From the NCBI GenBank assembly GCA_947587085.1, contig CANPXX010000001.1:1-62299 (forward strand): a DNA stretch of 62,299 bases, in the 5' to 3' direction. The stretch comes from an uncultured Clostridia bacterium. Its GTDB lineage: Bacteria > Bacillota > Clostridia > Christensenellales > Borkfalkiaceae. The position numbers and the translations under genes were made by a program. Shown here piece after piece: positions 40,653 through 50,754 of this stretch; within the stretch, counting starts at the first letter, position 1; every line of letters starts with the position of its first letter. Below the pieces are notes generated by a model. That model was not told the origin of the DNA. It did no database searches and worked only from the letters and a program-made list of their open reading frames with translations.

Positions 40653-42963
40653 AGCCCCCTCCCGCGACGGCGCGCGAGAACACCTCGTCGATCTCGCTCA
40701 CGCAGATGAAGTTGAGATTCTTTCGCACCGATTCGGGAATCTCCTCCACGTCCTTGCGGTTCTCCTCGGGGATGATGATGTCGTGGATTCCGATGCGCGA
40801 GGCGGCGAGCGCCTTCTCTTTGAGCCCGCCGATGGGGAGCACCTTGCCGCGCAGGGTGATCTCGCCCGTCATGGCGACGTCCTTTTTCACGGGCTGTCCC
40901 GTGAAGGCGGAGAGGATGGCGGTCGCGATGGTGATGCCCGCCGACGGACCGTCCTTGGGCGTGGCGCCCTCGGGGACGTGGATATGGATGTCCTTCTTGC
41001 CGAATTCCGCCTCGTCGATGCCGTACTTTTCGGCATGGGCGCGGATGTAACTGATGGCGGCGCGGGCGCTCTCCTTCATGACGTCGCCCAGCTTTCCCGT
41101 GAGCAGGATGTCGCCCTTGCCCTGCATCGCGGACACCTCGATGGTGAGCGTGGTGCCGCCCACCGCCGTCCATGCGAGTCCCGTCGCGGCGCCCACTTCG
41201 TCCTCCGCGGGCGCGTCGTCGCGCAAGAAGCGCTTGGCACCGAGGAATTTTTCCAAATTCAGTTTGTTGACGGAGATCTTGCTCTCCTCGCCCTTGGCGA
41301 TGCGCACCGCCGCCTTGCGGCAGACGGCGCCGATGGCGCGCTCCAGACTGCGCACGCCCGCCTCCATCGTGTAGCCGTCGATGATCTCCCCGAGCGCGCC
41401 GTCCGAGATGCGGAGGGCGTCCTCCGCGAGCCCGTTCTCCGCGCGCTTCTTGGGCAGGAGGTACCGCCGCGCGATCTCCTCCTTTTCCTGCGGCGTATAG
41501 CCCGTGAGCTCGATGATCTCCATCCTGTCGCGCAAGGGCGCGGGAATGGTGTCGAGCGTGTTGGCGGTGGCGATGAACATCACCTTGGAGAGGTCGTACT
41601 CCACTTCGAGATAGCGGTCGCGGAAGGTGGAATTCTGTTCGGGGTCGAGCACTTCGAGGAGGGCGCTCGCAGGGTCTCCCCTGAGGTCCGCGGAGATCTT
41701 GTCCACCTCGTCGAGCAAGAATACGGGATTGCGGGAACCCGCGTTCTTCATCTCATAGAGGATGCGCCCGGGCATCGCGCCGATATAGGTGCGCCTGTGC
41801 CCGCGGATCTCCGCCTCGTCCTTGACGCCGCCGAGGCTCATGCGCACGAACTTGCGCCCGAGCGCGCGCGCGATGGACTTCGCGATGCTCGTCTTGCCCA
41901 CGCCGGGAGGACCGACGAGGCAGAGGATGGGCGCCTTCAGCTCGCCCGTGAGTTTGAGGACGGCGAGGTACTCCACCACGCGCTCCTTGATCTTTTCCAG
42001 CCCGTAGTGGTCCTCTTCGAGCACCCGCTCCACGTCCGAAAGCGAGCCCGTATCCTCCGTCTCCTCCCTCCACGGGAGGTCCAAAAGCCAATCCGCATAG
42101 TTGCGGAGCACGGTGTATTCGGGGGAGGAGGGGGGCATCTTGTCCATGCGGTTGAGTTCGGCGATCGCCTTCTCCTCCACCGCCGCGGGGAGCCCCTTGG
42201 CGAGCAGACGCTCGCGCAGGCGGTCGTTCTCCGCGACGTCGTCGCCAAGCTCGGCGTGGATCACCTTGAGCTGTTCGCGCAGATAGTATTCCTTTTGGGA
42301 GCGCTCGATGCTCTTCCTGACCTCTCCCGAGATCTTGCGTTCGAGCCGCGCGATCTCCACCTCGGTGACGAGGGCGCTCTCGAAGAGACGGAGGCGCACC
42401 ACCAGATCGTCCTGTTCCAGAATCTGCTGTTTCGCGTCGTCTTTGAGGTGCAGATAGTTGGTGCAACGGTTGAGATAGGTCTCGATGTCGGCGACGCCCG
42501 TCGTCGCGAGGTCGAGCTCCTTGGCGTTCGCGGAATCGCCCGAGACGATCTCGCGGACCAGCTCTTTCGCCGTGCGGAAGTACGCCTCTTCGAGGTTGGG
42601 GTCGCCGCGGTAGGTGGGAAGGGGATCGACGACGGCGCTTATATAGCCGTTCGCGGGTTCGAAGCTGCGCGCACGGGCGCGGTACAGCCCGCGAACGAGC
42701 ACCCGCTCGCGGTCGCGGCCGAGGGGGGAACGGCGCATGACGTGCACGACCGTGCCCACCATGCTCAGATCGCGCTCCCCGGGATCCTCCTGTTCGGGGA
42801 CGAGCTGACGGGTGACGAAGGCATAGCTGTCGTTTTCCCCCGCGCGGTCGAGGGCGGCGAGAGAGCAACCTCTCCCGACGTCGAAGGAGACCGTCGTATC
42901 CGGGAACAACACCTGCGAACGCATGGGGATGACGGATAAAATTTTGGTGGATATCTCGTCCAT
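40639..42963 (-). CDS. lon: ATP-dependent Lon protease
   Basis: LON N-domain, Walker A GPPGVGKTS, and protease motif PKDGPSAGIT. Start ATG 42963 is preceded by GGAGG. The track start at 43011 falls inside the promoter. Confidence 0.95.
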   Translation of the reverse strand: MDEISTKILSVIPMRSQVLFPDTTVSFDVGRGCSLAALDRAGENDSYAFVTRQLVPEQEDPGERDLSMVGTVVHVMRRSPLGRDRERVLVRGLYRARARSFEPANGYISAVVDPLPTYRGDPNLEEAYFRTAKELVREIVSGDSANAKELDLATTGVADIETYLNRCTNYLHLKDDAKQQILEQDDLVVRLRLFESALVTEVEIARLERKISGEVRKSIERSQKEYYLREQLKVIHAELGDDVAENDRLRERLLAKGLPAAVEEKAIAELNRMDKMPPSSPEYTVLRNYADWLLDLPWREETEDTGSLSDVERVLEEDHYGLEKIKERVVEYLAVLKLTGELKAPILCLVGPPGVGKTSIAKSIARALGRKFVRMSLGGVKDEAEIRGHRRTYIGAMPGRILYEMKNAGSRNPVFLLDEVDKISADLRGDPASALLEVLDPEQNSTFRDRYLEVEYDLSKVMFIATANTLDTIPAPLRDRMEIIELTGYTPQEKEEIARRYLLPKKRAENGLAEDALRISDGALGEIIDGYTMEAGVRSLERAIGAVCRKAAVRIAKGEESKISVNKLNLEKFLGAKRFLRDDAPAEDEVGAATGLAWTAVGGTTLTIEVSAMQGKGDILLTGKLGDVMKESARAAISYIRAHAEKYGIDEAEFGKKDIHIHVPEGATPKDGPSAGITIATAILSAFTGQPVKKDVAMTGEITLRGKVLPIGGLKEKALAASRIGIHDIIIPEENRKDVEEIPESVRKNLNFICVSEIDEVFSRAVAGGGYAAH

Positions 42964-42982
42964 GGGAACCTCCGTAGATACT

Positions 42983-43011
42983 ATTATATCACACATTTTG
43001 CGCAAGTTCAA
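42983..43011 (-). promoter_or_regulatory. SigmaA-type promoter for lon
   Basis: On the minus strand, TTGAAC, a 17-nt spacer, then TATAAT. Confidence 0.6.
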
Positions 43012-43122
43012 ACATTTTACGGCAGTTCAAAAAAGGAAAGGGGCGCGCGTGGGGAAAAGCCGCGCGCCTATGGGACGCATCGCGGAATTTTCGGAAAAAT
43101 TTTGAAAGCCGTGCAAAACGAG

Positions 43123-43151
43123 TTGCAAAAAAGTTTTCCCTATGGTATAAT
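43123..43151 (+). promoter_or_regulatory. Extended -10 promoter for rpsB-tsf
   Basis: TTGCAA, a 17-nt spacer, then TGgTATAAT. The leader is about 115 nt. Confidence 0.65.
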
Positions 43152-43270
43152 CGGAAGGCTCGCAAGGGCAAATCCGCACCCCGTGCTGCGCCGCTCGCCG
43201 TGTCCCGTAAATCTTTTCTGCGGGAAAGGAGCGGAACTGCCGCGGACGGGGGAGGAAAAACGGAGGAATT

Positions 43271-44017
43271 ATGGCAGTTATCACCATGAAGCAGCTTCTC
43301 GAAGCGGGCGTCCATTTCGGACACCAGACGAGAAAGTGGAACCCGAAGATGAAGAAGTACATCTTCGCCGCCCGCCACGACATCCACATCATCGACCTCG
43401 AAAAGACCGCCGCTCTCATCGAAGAGGCGTATTCGTTCGTCGTCGAGAGCGTGAAGCAGGGCAAGAGCGTGCTGTTCGTCGGCACCAAGAAGCAGGCACA
43501 GGACGCCATCAAGGAGGAGGCGACCCGTTGCGGACAGTTCTATGTGAACTCCCGCTGGCTGGGCGGCACCCTCACCAACTTCAAGACCATCCGCTCCCGC
43601 ATCGACTATCTCGAAAAGCTCGAGCGCATGGAGCAGAGCGGCGAGTTCGACCTTCTCCCCAAGAAGGAAGTGCTCGGGCTCAAAAAGGAGATGGCGAAGC
43701 TCGAGGAGAACCTCGGCGGCATCAAGAAGCTCCGCGGCATGCCCGGCGTGATGTTCGTCGTCGATCCCCATAACGAGGACATCGCCGTCGCCGAAGCGCG
43801 CAAGATGCACGTTCCCGTCGTCGCGATCACCGATACCAACTGCGATCCCGACCTCATCGACTATGTCATCCCCGGGAACGACGACGCCATCCGCGCCATC
43901 AAACTCATCTCGTCCGTGATCGCGAACGCGGTCATCGAGGCGAACCAGGGCGAGACCCCTGTCCCCGAGACGGAGAGCGCGGAGGAAGAGCCCGCGGAGA
44001 CCGCAGAGGCGGAGTAA
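43271..44017 (+). CDS. rpsB: 30S ribosomal protein S2
   Basis: Opens with [22 protein letters not shown]. Confidence 0.97.
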   Translation: MAVITMKQLLEAGVHFGHQTRKWNPKMKKYIFAARHDIHIIDLEKTAALIEEAYSFVVESVKQGKSVLFVGTKKQAQDAIKEEATRCGQFYVNSRWLGGTLTNFKTIRSRIDYLEKLERMEQSGEFDLLPKKEVLGLKKEMAKLEENLGGIKKLRGMPGVMFVVDPHNEDIAVAEARKMHVPVVAITDTNCDPDLIDYVIPGNDDAIRAIKLISSVIANAVIEANQGETPVPETESAEEEPAETAEAE

Positions 44018-44027
44018 GGAGGGAGAT

Positions 44028-44939
44028 ATGGCTGAATTTACCGCAAAGGACGTAATGAAGCTCCGCGAACAGACGGGCGCGGGCATGATGGACTGCAAGA
44101 AGGCGCTGACGGACGCCGACGGCGACTTCGAGAAGGCGGGCGAACTGCTGCGCGAGCGCGGGATCGCCAAGGCGGCGAAGCGCGCCTCCAAGATCGCGGC
44201 GGAGGGCATCGTCGCCGCCGCCGTCGAGGGGAAGCGCGGCGTGCTCGTCGAAGTCAACTGCGAGAGCGACTTCGTCGCAAAGGGCGAGAAGTTCCACGCC
44301 CTCGTTGACGTCGTCGCGAAACAGATTCTCGCCGTCTCCCCCAAGAGCGTGGAGGAGCTCCTTGCCTCCGACCTCGGCGGCAAGACGGTGGAGACCTTCA
44401 TCGGGGAGCAGGTGGGCGTCATCGGCGAGAAGATCTCGGTGCGCCGCTTCACCCTCTTCGAGACGAACGGCATTCTCGAAACCTATATCCACATGGGCGG
44501 AACGATGGGCGTCATGCTCGACTTCGACTGCCCCGAGAACGAGGTCACCCGCGAGCTCGCCCACAACGTGGCGCTCCATACGGCGTTCTCCAAGCCCGCC
44601 TACCTCAGCGCCGCCGACGTGCCCGCAGAGGCGGTCGAGAAGGAGAAGGAGATCCTCAAACAGGAGGTCCTCAACGAGGGCAAGCCCGAGGCGATCGCCG
44701 AGAAGATCGTGCTCGGCAGAATCAAGAAGTTCTACGAGGAGAACTGCCTTCTCGAGCAGAAGTTCGTAAAGGACGACAAGGTGACCGTCTCCCAGCTCAT
44801 CGCCGAGGCGAGCAAGAAGGCGGGCGCGCCCGTCGCGCTCAAAGCGTTCGTGTTCTATGTGATGGGACAGGGACTCGAAAAGAAGACCGAGGACCTCGGC
44901 GAAGAGGTCGCAAAACAGGTCGAAGCGATGAAGAAGTAA
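44028..44939 (+). CDS. tsf: Elongation factor Ts
   Basis: Contains VMKLREQTGAGMMDCKKAL (UBA-like N-terminus). It lies directly after rpsB. Confidence 0.97.
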   Translation: MAEFTAKDVMKLREQTGAGMMDCKKALTDADGDFEKAGELLRERGIAKAAKRASKIAAEGIVAAAVEGKRGVLVEVNCESDFVAKGEKFHALVDVVAKQILAVSPKSVEELLASDLGGKTVETFIGEQVGVIGEKISVRRFTLFETNGILETYIHMGGTMGVMLDFDCPENEVTRELAHNVALHTAFSKPAYLSAADVPAEAVEKEKEILKQEVLNEGKPEAIAEKIVLGRIKKFYEENCLLEQKFVKDDKVTVSQLIAEASKKAGAPVALKAFVFYVMGQGLEKKTEDLGEEVAKQVEAMKK

Positions 44940-44940
44940 A

Positions 44941-45400
44941 GCGACTTTCGTGAAATTCTTCATTGAAACATCTCGCGAAATTCTTCATGGAATAGACACG
45001 CGCGGCGTAAGTATGCCGCGCGTGTTCTTATAATGAGGGCAAAGAATTTCGCGACGGAAAGATTTCGCGAAATTCTTCCAAAGAGAAGCTCCCTGCGGGG
45101 CAAGCATAAGGGCAAAGAATTTCGCGACGGAAAGAGGCTATTATGGGAAACAGGTTTAGGGCTCTTTGTCGCTTGCACAAGTAACAAGCGCGGACGAGCC
45201 GCGCAAATTGAGGCGCGCTCCGCAAAATGCGATTTTGCTCCGCGCGAGTCATTAAGAATGGAGGCGAAGCCGCTTCTTTTATGTCATGTTGAGCCGCGAG
45301 CCCACGTCCGTTGGACGTGGGCTCGCGAGTCGAAACATCTCTACCGCATTTTAATAAGGTAGAGATGCCTCGACAAGCTCGGCATGACATTTAAGAATGC
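44941..45400. repeat. Mosaic intergenic repeat island 2 (R1, R2, and R3 in inverted orientation)
   Basis: R1 is at 45016-45055, with a partial copy at about 45105-45135. R2 is at 45169-45247. R3 at 45283-45388 is the reverse complement of 39190-39311 with close similarity by eye. Confidence 0.85.
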
Positions 45401-45606
45401 TCCGCTACTTCGTCTACGGCTACTTCGGCGCAAAGCGCTTGTACCGCCCTTCGACAATAAAGAACGTGCGGGCAGGGCGTGTGCCGCTACGTGCGAGTCA
45501 TGACAAGAAACGCCCTTTGATTGATTCGTCTGCGGCGAGGAAAGTTCTATAAGAATTACTTATAGTTTTCATAAAAAAACGATATATTTGCCGCGAGACA
45601 AAAGAT

Positions 45607-45635
45607 TTGACGGGCGAAACAAAAGCGGATATACT
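45607..45635 (+). promoter_or_regulatory. Candidate promoter for the glutamate synthase cluster
   Basis: TTGACG, a 17-nt spacer, then TATACT. Confidence 0.55.
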
Positions 45636-45717
45636 GAAAGGACCCGCGCAAAGCCGCGCCATCCTGCGGCAGATACGCATCCGCGCGGGCGCCCGCCGCG
45701 GCGGGAAGGGAGGGACC

Positions 45718-46806
45718 ATGATCGAAGGCGAATTTCGCGATCCGTCGGGATGTGCGATCTCGGGCGTGATCGACCGCACGGGGCGCCGCATGAGCGGCGC
45801 GTGCATGATTCGCTCCATCGCCACCATGCACGACCGTTCCAACGGGCTTGGGGGCGGCTTTGCGGGATACGGCATCTACCCCGAATTCAAGGAATATTAC
45901 GCCTTCCATCTCTTCTATGACGATGTGGTCGCCAAGAAGGAGGGGGAGGATTTCATCCAGCGCCACTTCGATATCGCCTTCCAGTCGGCGATTCCCACGC
46001 GCAAGACGGAGGGCTTCGGCGACGCGCCCATCATCTTCCGCTATTTCGTTCTGCCCGACGCGCGCAAGTTGGAGACGAGAAGGCTGGACGAGGAGGAGTA
46101 CGTCGTTCGGTGCGTCAACCGCATCAACACCGAGATAAAGGGGGCGTACGTCTTTTCCTGCGGGAAGAACATGGGCATCTTCAAGGCGGTGGGCTATCCC
46201 GAGGATGTGGGCGAATTTTACCGCCTCGACGAGTACGAGGGCTATGCGTGGACGTGCCACGGCAGATACCCCACCAATACGCCCGGCTGGTGGGGCGGGG
46301 CGCACCCCTTCGGGCTCCTCGACTATTCGGTGGTGCACAACGGCGAGATCTCGAGTTACGACGCCAACCGCCGCTACATCGAGATGTTCGGATATAAATG
46401 CAATTTGCAGACGGATACGGAGGTCATCACCTACATCGTGGACTTCCTCCTCCGCAAACAGAAGCTCACGCTCAGGGAGGTTGCGAAGGTGATCGCCGCG
46501 TCCTTCTGGACGACCATCGCGGACAAGAGCGAGGAGGAGCGGCGGGAGGAGACCTATCTTCGCAAGGCGTTTCCCTCCCTGCTCATCAACGGACCGTTCT
46601 CCATCATCTTCGGCTATACGGGCGGGCTCATGGCGCTCAACGACCGCCTCAAACTCCGCTCCATGGTGGTGGCGGAGCGGGGAGACAGGGCGTACATCGC
46701 CTCCGAGGAGTGCGCCATCCGCGCCATCCAGCCCGAGCTCGACTATGTGCGCGCGCCGCGCGGCGGGGAGCCCGTCATCTTCGAACTCAAAGGAGGCGCG
46801 CCGTGA
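45718..46806 (+). CDS. Class II glutamine amidotransferase (glutamate synthase domain 1-like)
   Basis: Has an N-terminal nucleophile context (...PSGCAISGV) and HDRSNGLGGGFAGYG. RBS is GGAGGG. Confidence 0.8.
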   Translation: MIEGEFRDPSGCAISGVIDRTGRRMSGACMIRSIATMHDRSNGLGGGFAGYGIYPEFKEYYAFHLFYDDVVAKKEGEDFIQRHFDIAFQSAIPTRKTEGFGDAPIIFRYFVLPDARKLETRRLDEEEYVVRCVNRINTEIKGAYVFSCGKNMGIFKAVGYPEDVGEFYRLDEYEGYAWTCHGRYPTNTPGWWGGAHPFGLLDYSVVHNGEISSYDANRRYIEMFGYKCNLQTDTEVITYIVDFLLRKQKLTLREVAKVIAASFWTTIADKSEEERREETYLRKAFPSLLINGPFSIIFGYTGGLMALNDRLKLRSMVVAERGDRAYIASEECAIRAIQPELDYVRAPRGGEPVIFELKGGAP

Positions 46807-48308
46807 AGCCGCTCTTCGTCTATCCCGAATATGAGATCGTGCGCGACCGCGACCTCTGCGTCGCCTGCCGCGTGTGCGAACGGCAGTGCGCCAACGGGGC
46901 GCACCGCTTCGACGAGCGGGCGGGCAAGATGATCGCCGACAGCACCAAGTGCGTCAATTGCCACCGTTGCGTATGCCTGTGCCCCACACACGCCCTCAAG
47001 ATCGTGCGGTCGGGGGACACCTACCGCGACAACGCCAATTGGGGGAACGACCTGATGAATGATGCGTACCGTCAGGCGGGGACGGGCGGCGTGCTCCTCT
47101 CGTCCATGGGCAATCCCAAGCCCTATCCCGTCTATTGGGACAGGATCCTCGTGAACGCCTCGCAGGTGACCAACCCCTCCATCGACCCGTTGCGCGAGCC
47201 GATGGAGACGACGGTGTTCCTCGGTCCCAAGGCGGTCAAGCCCGAGCGCGACGAGCGGGGACGGCTCAAAGACAATCTGCCGCCCCAGCTCAGATTGGAG
47301 ACCCCCATCCTCTTTTCCGCGATGAGTTACGGCTCCATCTCCTACAACGCGCACGCGAGCCTTGCGCGCGCCGCCGAGGAGCTCGGCATCTGCTACAACA
47401 CGGGCGAAGGCGGACTGCACCGCGACTTCTACCGGTATGGGAAGAACACCATCGTGCAGGTGGCGAGCGGCAGGTTCGGCGTGCACCGCGAATACCTCGA
47501 AGCGGCGGCGGCCATCGAGATCAAGATGGGGCAGGGCGCCAAGCCCGGCATCGGCGGGCATCTGCCCGGGGAGAAGATCACCGACGCCGTCTCCAACACC
47601 CGCATGATCCCGAAGGGGGTGGACGCCATCTCTCCCGCCCCCCATCACGACATCTATTCCATCGAGGACCTGCGCCAGCTCATCTATTCGTTGAAGGAGG
47701 CGACGGGGTACAAGAAGCCCGTCATCGTGAAGATCGCCGCGGTGCACAACGTGGCGGCGATCGCGAGCGGCATCGCGCGGAGCGGGGCGGACATCATCGC
47801 CATCGACGGCTTCCGCGGCGGGACGGGCGCGGCGCCCACCCGCATCCGCGACAACGTGGGCATCCCCATCGAGCTCGCCCTCGCGGCGGTGGACAGCCGT
47901 CTGCGGGAGGAGGGCATCCGCGACAACGTCTCCATCATCGCGGCGGGCTCCATCCGTTCGAGCGGCGACCTCGTGAAGGCGATCGCCCTCGGCGCAGATG
48001 CGTGCTATATCGGCACGGCGGCGCTCCTCGCCCTCGGGTGCCATCTGTGCAGGAGCTGTCATACGGGCAAGTGCAATTGGGGAATCGCGACCCAGCGCCC
48101 CGAGCTCGTCAAGCGGCTCAATCCCGACATCGGCGCCGAACGGCTCGTCGCTCTGGTCCGCGCATGGAACCGCGAATTGCAGGAGATGATGGGCGGGATG
48201 GGGCTCAACTCCATCGAGGCGCTGCGCGGCAACCGTCTGATGTTGCGCGGCGTGGGACTCACGGAGAAGGAACTCTCCGTTCTCGGCATCCGCCACGCGG
48301 GGGAATAG
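46803..48308 (+). CDS. Glutamate synthase FMN-binding domain protein with N-terminal 2x[4Fe-4S] ferredoxin module
   Basis: Cys clusters are CVACRVCERQC and CVNCHRCVCLCP. The FMN-domain motifs are GEGG...QVASGRFGV...KMGQGAKPG.GGHLPG...GG(T)GA(AP). GTG start overlaps the upstream stop (GTGA). Confidence 0.85.
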   Translation: MKPLFVYPEYEIVRDRDLCVACRVCERQCANGAHRFDERAGKMIADSTKCVNCHRCVCLCPTHALKIVRSGDTYRDNANWGNDLMNDAYRQAGTGGVLLSSMGNPKPYPVYWDRILVNASQVTNPSIDPLREPMETTVFLGPKAVKPERDERGRLKDNLPPQLRLETPILFSAMSYGSISYNAHASLARAAEELGICYNTGEGGLHRDFYRYGKNTIVQVASGRFGVHREYLEAAAAIEIKMGQGAKPGIGGHLPGEKITDAVSNTRMIPKGVDAISPAPHHDIYSIEDLRQLIYSLKEATGYKKPVIVKIAAVHNVAAIASGIARSGADIIAIDGFRGGTGAAPTRIRDNVGIPIELALAAVDSRLREEGIRDNVSIIAAGSIRSSGDLVKAIALGADACYIGTAALLALGCHLCRSCHTGKCNWGIATQRPELVKRLNPDIGAERLVALVRAWNRELQEMMGGMGLNSIEALRGNRLMLRGVGLTEKELSVLGIRHAGE

Positions 48309-48309
48309 C

Positions 48310-48747
48310 ATGAAAGCGATCTATGTGAACGAGGCATGGTGCCTCGGGTGCCATCTTTGCGAATACATGTGCGCGTTCGCCAACTCGGGAGAGACGGACA
48401 TGGTACGCGCGCTCAAAGGACCCATCCATCCGCGCATCCGCGTAGAGGACGGGGAGAACGACGTGCATTTCGCCGTCAACTGCCGCCATTGCAGGGACGC
48501 GGTGTGCGTGAAGGGTTGCATCGCTGGCGCCCTGCGGCGGGAGGGGAACGGCGTAGTCGTCATCGACAGGGAGAAGTGCGTGGGCTGTTTCACCTGCGTG
48601 GCGCTGTGCCCGTACGGGGCGATCATGCCGGACGGGGAGGGCAAGGCGGCGCAGAAGTGCGCGCTGTGCACCGACAACCTCGCGGGCGAGCCGAGCTGTG
48701 CGGCGAACTGCCCCAACCGCGCCATCGTATTCGAGGACAGGGGGTAA
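48310..48747 (+). CDS. 4Fe-4S dicluster ferredoxin-type protein
   Basis: Several Cys cluster motifs: CLGCHLCEYMC, CRHCRDAVC, CVGCFTCVALCP and CALC....PSCAANCP. Confidence 0.85.
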   Translation: MKAIYVNEAWCLGCHLCEYMCAFANSGETDMVRALKGPIHPRIRVEDGENDVHFAVNCRHCRDAVCVKGCIAGALRREGNGVVVIDREKCVGCFTCVALCPYGAIMPDGEGKAAQKCALCTDNLAGEPSCAANCPNRAIVFEDRG

Positions 48748-48751
48748 CGGC

Positions 48752-49978
48752 ATGCGGTATGTACTGATCGGAAATTCCACGGCGGCGACCTTCGCGCTCG
48801 AAGGCATCCGCGCCGTCGATCGGGAGGGGAGCGTGGTCATCGTCTCCAAGGAGGAGCGTCCCGCCTACGGCAGACCGCTCATCTCCTATGTGCTCGGCGG
48901 GAAGATCTCTCCCGAGCGCGCCGCCTACCGCCCCGCGGACTTCTACGAGCGGATGAACGCCGAGGTGTTGCTCGGCGACCCCGCAATCAGGCTGGATCCC
49001 GCGGCGCGGGAGGTGCACCTTGCGAGCGGCAAGGTTTTACCCTATGATAAACTGCTCGTCGCGACGGGCTCCCATCCCGCCATCCCTCCCATCAAGGGAT
49101 TGGAGACGGTGGAGAAGAAGTTCACCTTCATGACGATGGAGGACGCCCTCGCCCTCGGCAGAGAGGCTGCGGGGAAGCGCGTCCTCGTGGTGGGCGCGGG
49201 GCTCATCGGGCTCAAATGCGCGGAGGGACTCACGGGGACGGCGAAGAGCATCACCGTCGCCGACCTTTGCGACCGCGTCCTCCCCAACGTGCTTGACGCC
49301 CCCGCCGCCGCCATCGTGCGGCGTGTCGCGGAGGCGCACGGCGTCTCCTTCCGCCTCGGCGACGGGACGGAGCGCTTCGAAGGCAACACGGCATATTTCA
49401 AGAGCGGGGCGCGGACGGAGTTCGACCTCGCCGTGATCGCGGCGGGCGTGCGTCCCGCCACCGAGCTCGTGCGGGAGGCGGGGGGAGCTACGGACCGCGG
49501 CATCCTCGTCAACGAACGGCAGGAGACCTCCCTTCCCGATGTCTATGCGGCGGGCGACGTCTGCGAGAGCTTCGATATCTGTACCAAGCGGAGCCGCGTG
49601 CTCGCCATCCTGCCCAATGCGGCGATGCAGGGCGACTGCGCGGGGCGCAACATGGCGGGCGGGAAGGCGTCCTTTCTGAACGCGATGCCCGTCAACGCCG
49701 TGGGGCTGTTCGGCTCGCACATCGTCACGGCGGGCGCATACGAGGGAGAGAGCTATACCGAGGGGGAGGGAGACCGCTACAAGCGGCTGTTCTATGCGGA
49801 CAATGCCCTGAGGGGCTTCATCCTCGTCAACTGCATCGAGGGAGCGGGAATCTATACCTCCCTGCTCCGCGACGGCGTTCCCCTCGACGAGGTGGACTTC
49901 GAGCGGTTGAAGCACGGTCCGTCGCTCGCGGCGTTCCCCCGCCTTGTGCGGGAGCGCAAGCTCACGAGGAGGCAATAG
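48752..49978 (+). CDS. FAD/NAD(P)-dependent pyridine nucleotide-disulfide oxidoreductase
   Basis: 408 aa with Rossmann motifs VLIGNSTAA and VLVVGAGLIGLK, and AAGDV near the C-terminal FAD site. Confidence 0.8.
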   Translation: MRYVLIGNSTAATFALEGIRAVDREGSVVIVSKEERPAYGRPLISYVLGGKISPERAAYRPADFYERMNAEVLLGDPAIRLDPAAREVHLASGKVLPYDKLLVATGSHPAIPPIKGLETVEKKFTFMTMEDALALGREAAGKRVLVVGAGLIGLKCAEGLTGTAKSITVADLCDRVLPNVLDAPAAAIVRRVAEAHGVSFRLGDGTERFEGNTAYFKSGARTEFDLAVIAAGVRPATELVREAGGATDRGILVNERQETSLPDVYAAGDVCESFDICTKRSRVLAILPNAAMQGDCAGRNMAGGKASFLNAMPVNAVGLFGSHIVTAGAYEGESYTEGEGDRYKRLFYADNALRGFILVNCIEGAGIYTSLLRDGVPLDEVDFERLKHGPSLAAFPRLVRERKLTRRQ

Positions 49979-50701
49979 ATGAAATTTTCGGCGCAGGGGA
50001 TGGACCACAGAACGCTCAACGAGCGGGTGCGCGCCTCGGGCGACTCCCTCGCGGAGATCGCGGACTGCTTGGGTCAGAGATACATCGCGGCGGGGCTGAG
50101 CGGCAAGACGCTCCGCCTTTGGGGCACGCCCGGGAACGCGCTCGGCGCCTATCTGGACGGGTGCTCCATCGAGGTGTTCGGCAACGTGCAGGACGCGGTG
50201 GGCGACACGATGAACGACGGCACCATCGTGGTGCACGGGAACGCGGGCGACGCGCTCGGCTATGCCATGCGCGGCGGGAAGATCTTCGTCCGCGGGGACG
50301 TGGGCTACCGCGCGGGCATCCACATGAAGGCGTACAAGGACCACCGCCCCGTCATCGTGGTGGGGGGCGTCGCGGGCTCCTTCCTCGGCGAATATCAGGC
50401 GGGCGGCGTGCTCGTCGTGCTCGATCTCGATCGCGACCCCGCGGGCATCGTGGGGAACTTCTGCGGCACGGGCATGCACGGCGGGGAGATGTATCTGAGG
50501 TGCGCCGCCCTCCCGCACGCCCTTCCCGCACAGGTGCGGGCGGAGAGATTGGAGCGCGTGGAGGACCCCGAGATCTTGCAGATTCTCTCGGAATATGCCG
50601 CGGCGTTCGGCATCCCGTCCGCAGGGCTCGCCGAGGGACCGTATTTCCGTCTCACCCCGAATACCGAAAATCCCTATCGGCTTCTGTACACGAACAACTG
50701 A
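49979..50701 (+). CDS. GXGXG-motif protein (glutamate synthase domain 3-like)
   Basis: Beta-helix repeats: G.PGNALGAYL.G..I.V.GN..D.VG..M..G.IVVHGNAGD..G..M.GG.I.V.GD.G. Confidence 0.8.
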   Translation: MKFSAQGMDHRTLNERVRASGDSLAEIADCLGQRYIAAGLSGKTLRLWGTPGNALGAYLDGCSIEVFGNVQDAVGDTMNDGTIVVHGNAGDALGYAMRGGKIFVRGDVGYRAGIHMKAYKDHRPVIVVGGVAGSFLGEYQAGGVLVVLDLDRDPAGIVGNFCGTGMHGGEMYLRCAALPHALPAQVRAERLERVEDPEILQILSEYAAAFGIPSAGLAEGPYFRLTPNTENPYRLLYTNN

Positions 50702-50718
50702 AAAGTCTTTGAAAACGT

Positions 50719-50747
50719 TTGACAACCGCGGCGGAATCGCCTATAAT
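50719..50747 (+). promoter_or_regulatory. Consensus sigmaA promoter for T-box-pheST
   Basis: TTGACA, a 17-nt spacer, then TATAAT. Confidence 0.7.
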
Positions 50748-50754
50748 AGCGGGG

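Noticed and set aside
42964-43011. Upstream ORF-track starts for lon (43011), the surface protein (10222), comEC (32399) and the first operon gene (14383)
   Set aside because: Each falls within or upstream of a near-consensus promoter. Internal ATGs with good RBSs (42963, 10117, 32444) or leaderless geometry (14425) fit better.
40498-44473. Long ORFs 40498-42939 (+) and 42989-44473 (-)
   Set aside because: They lie antisense to lon and to rpsB/tsf respectively, so they are shadow ORFs.
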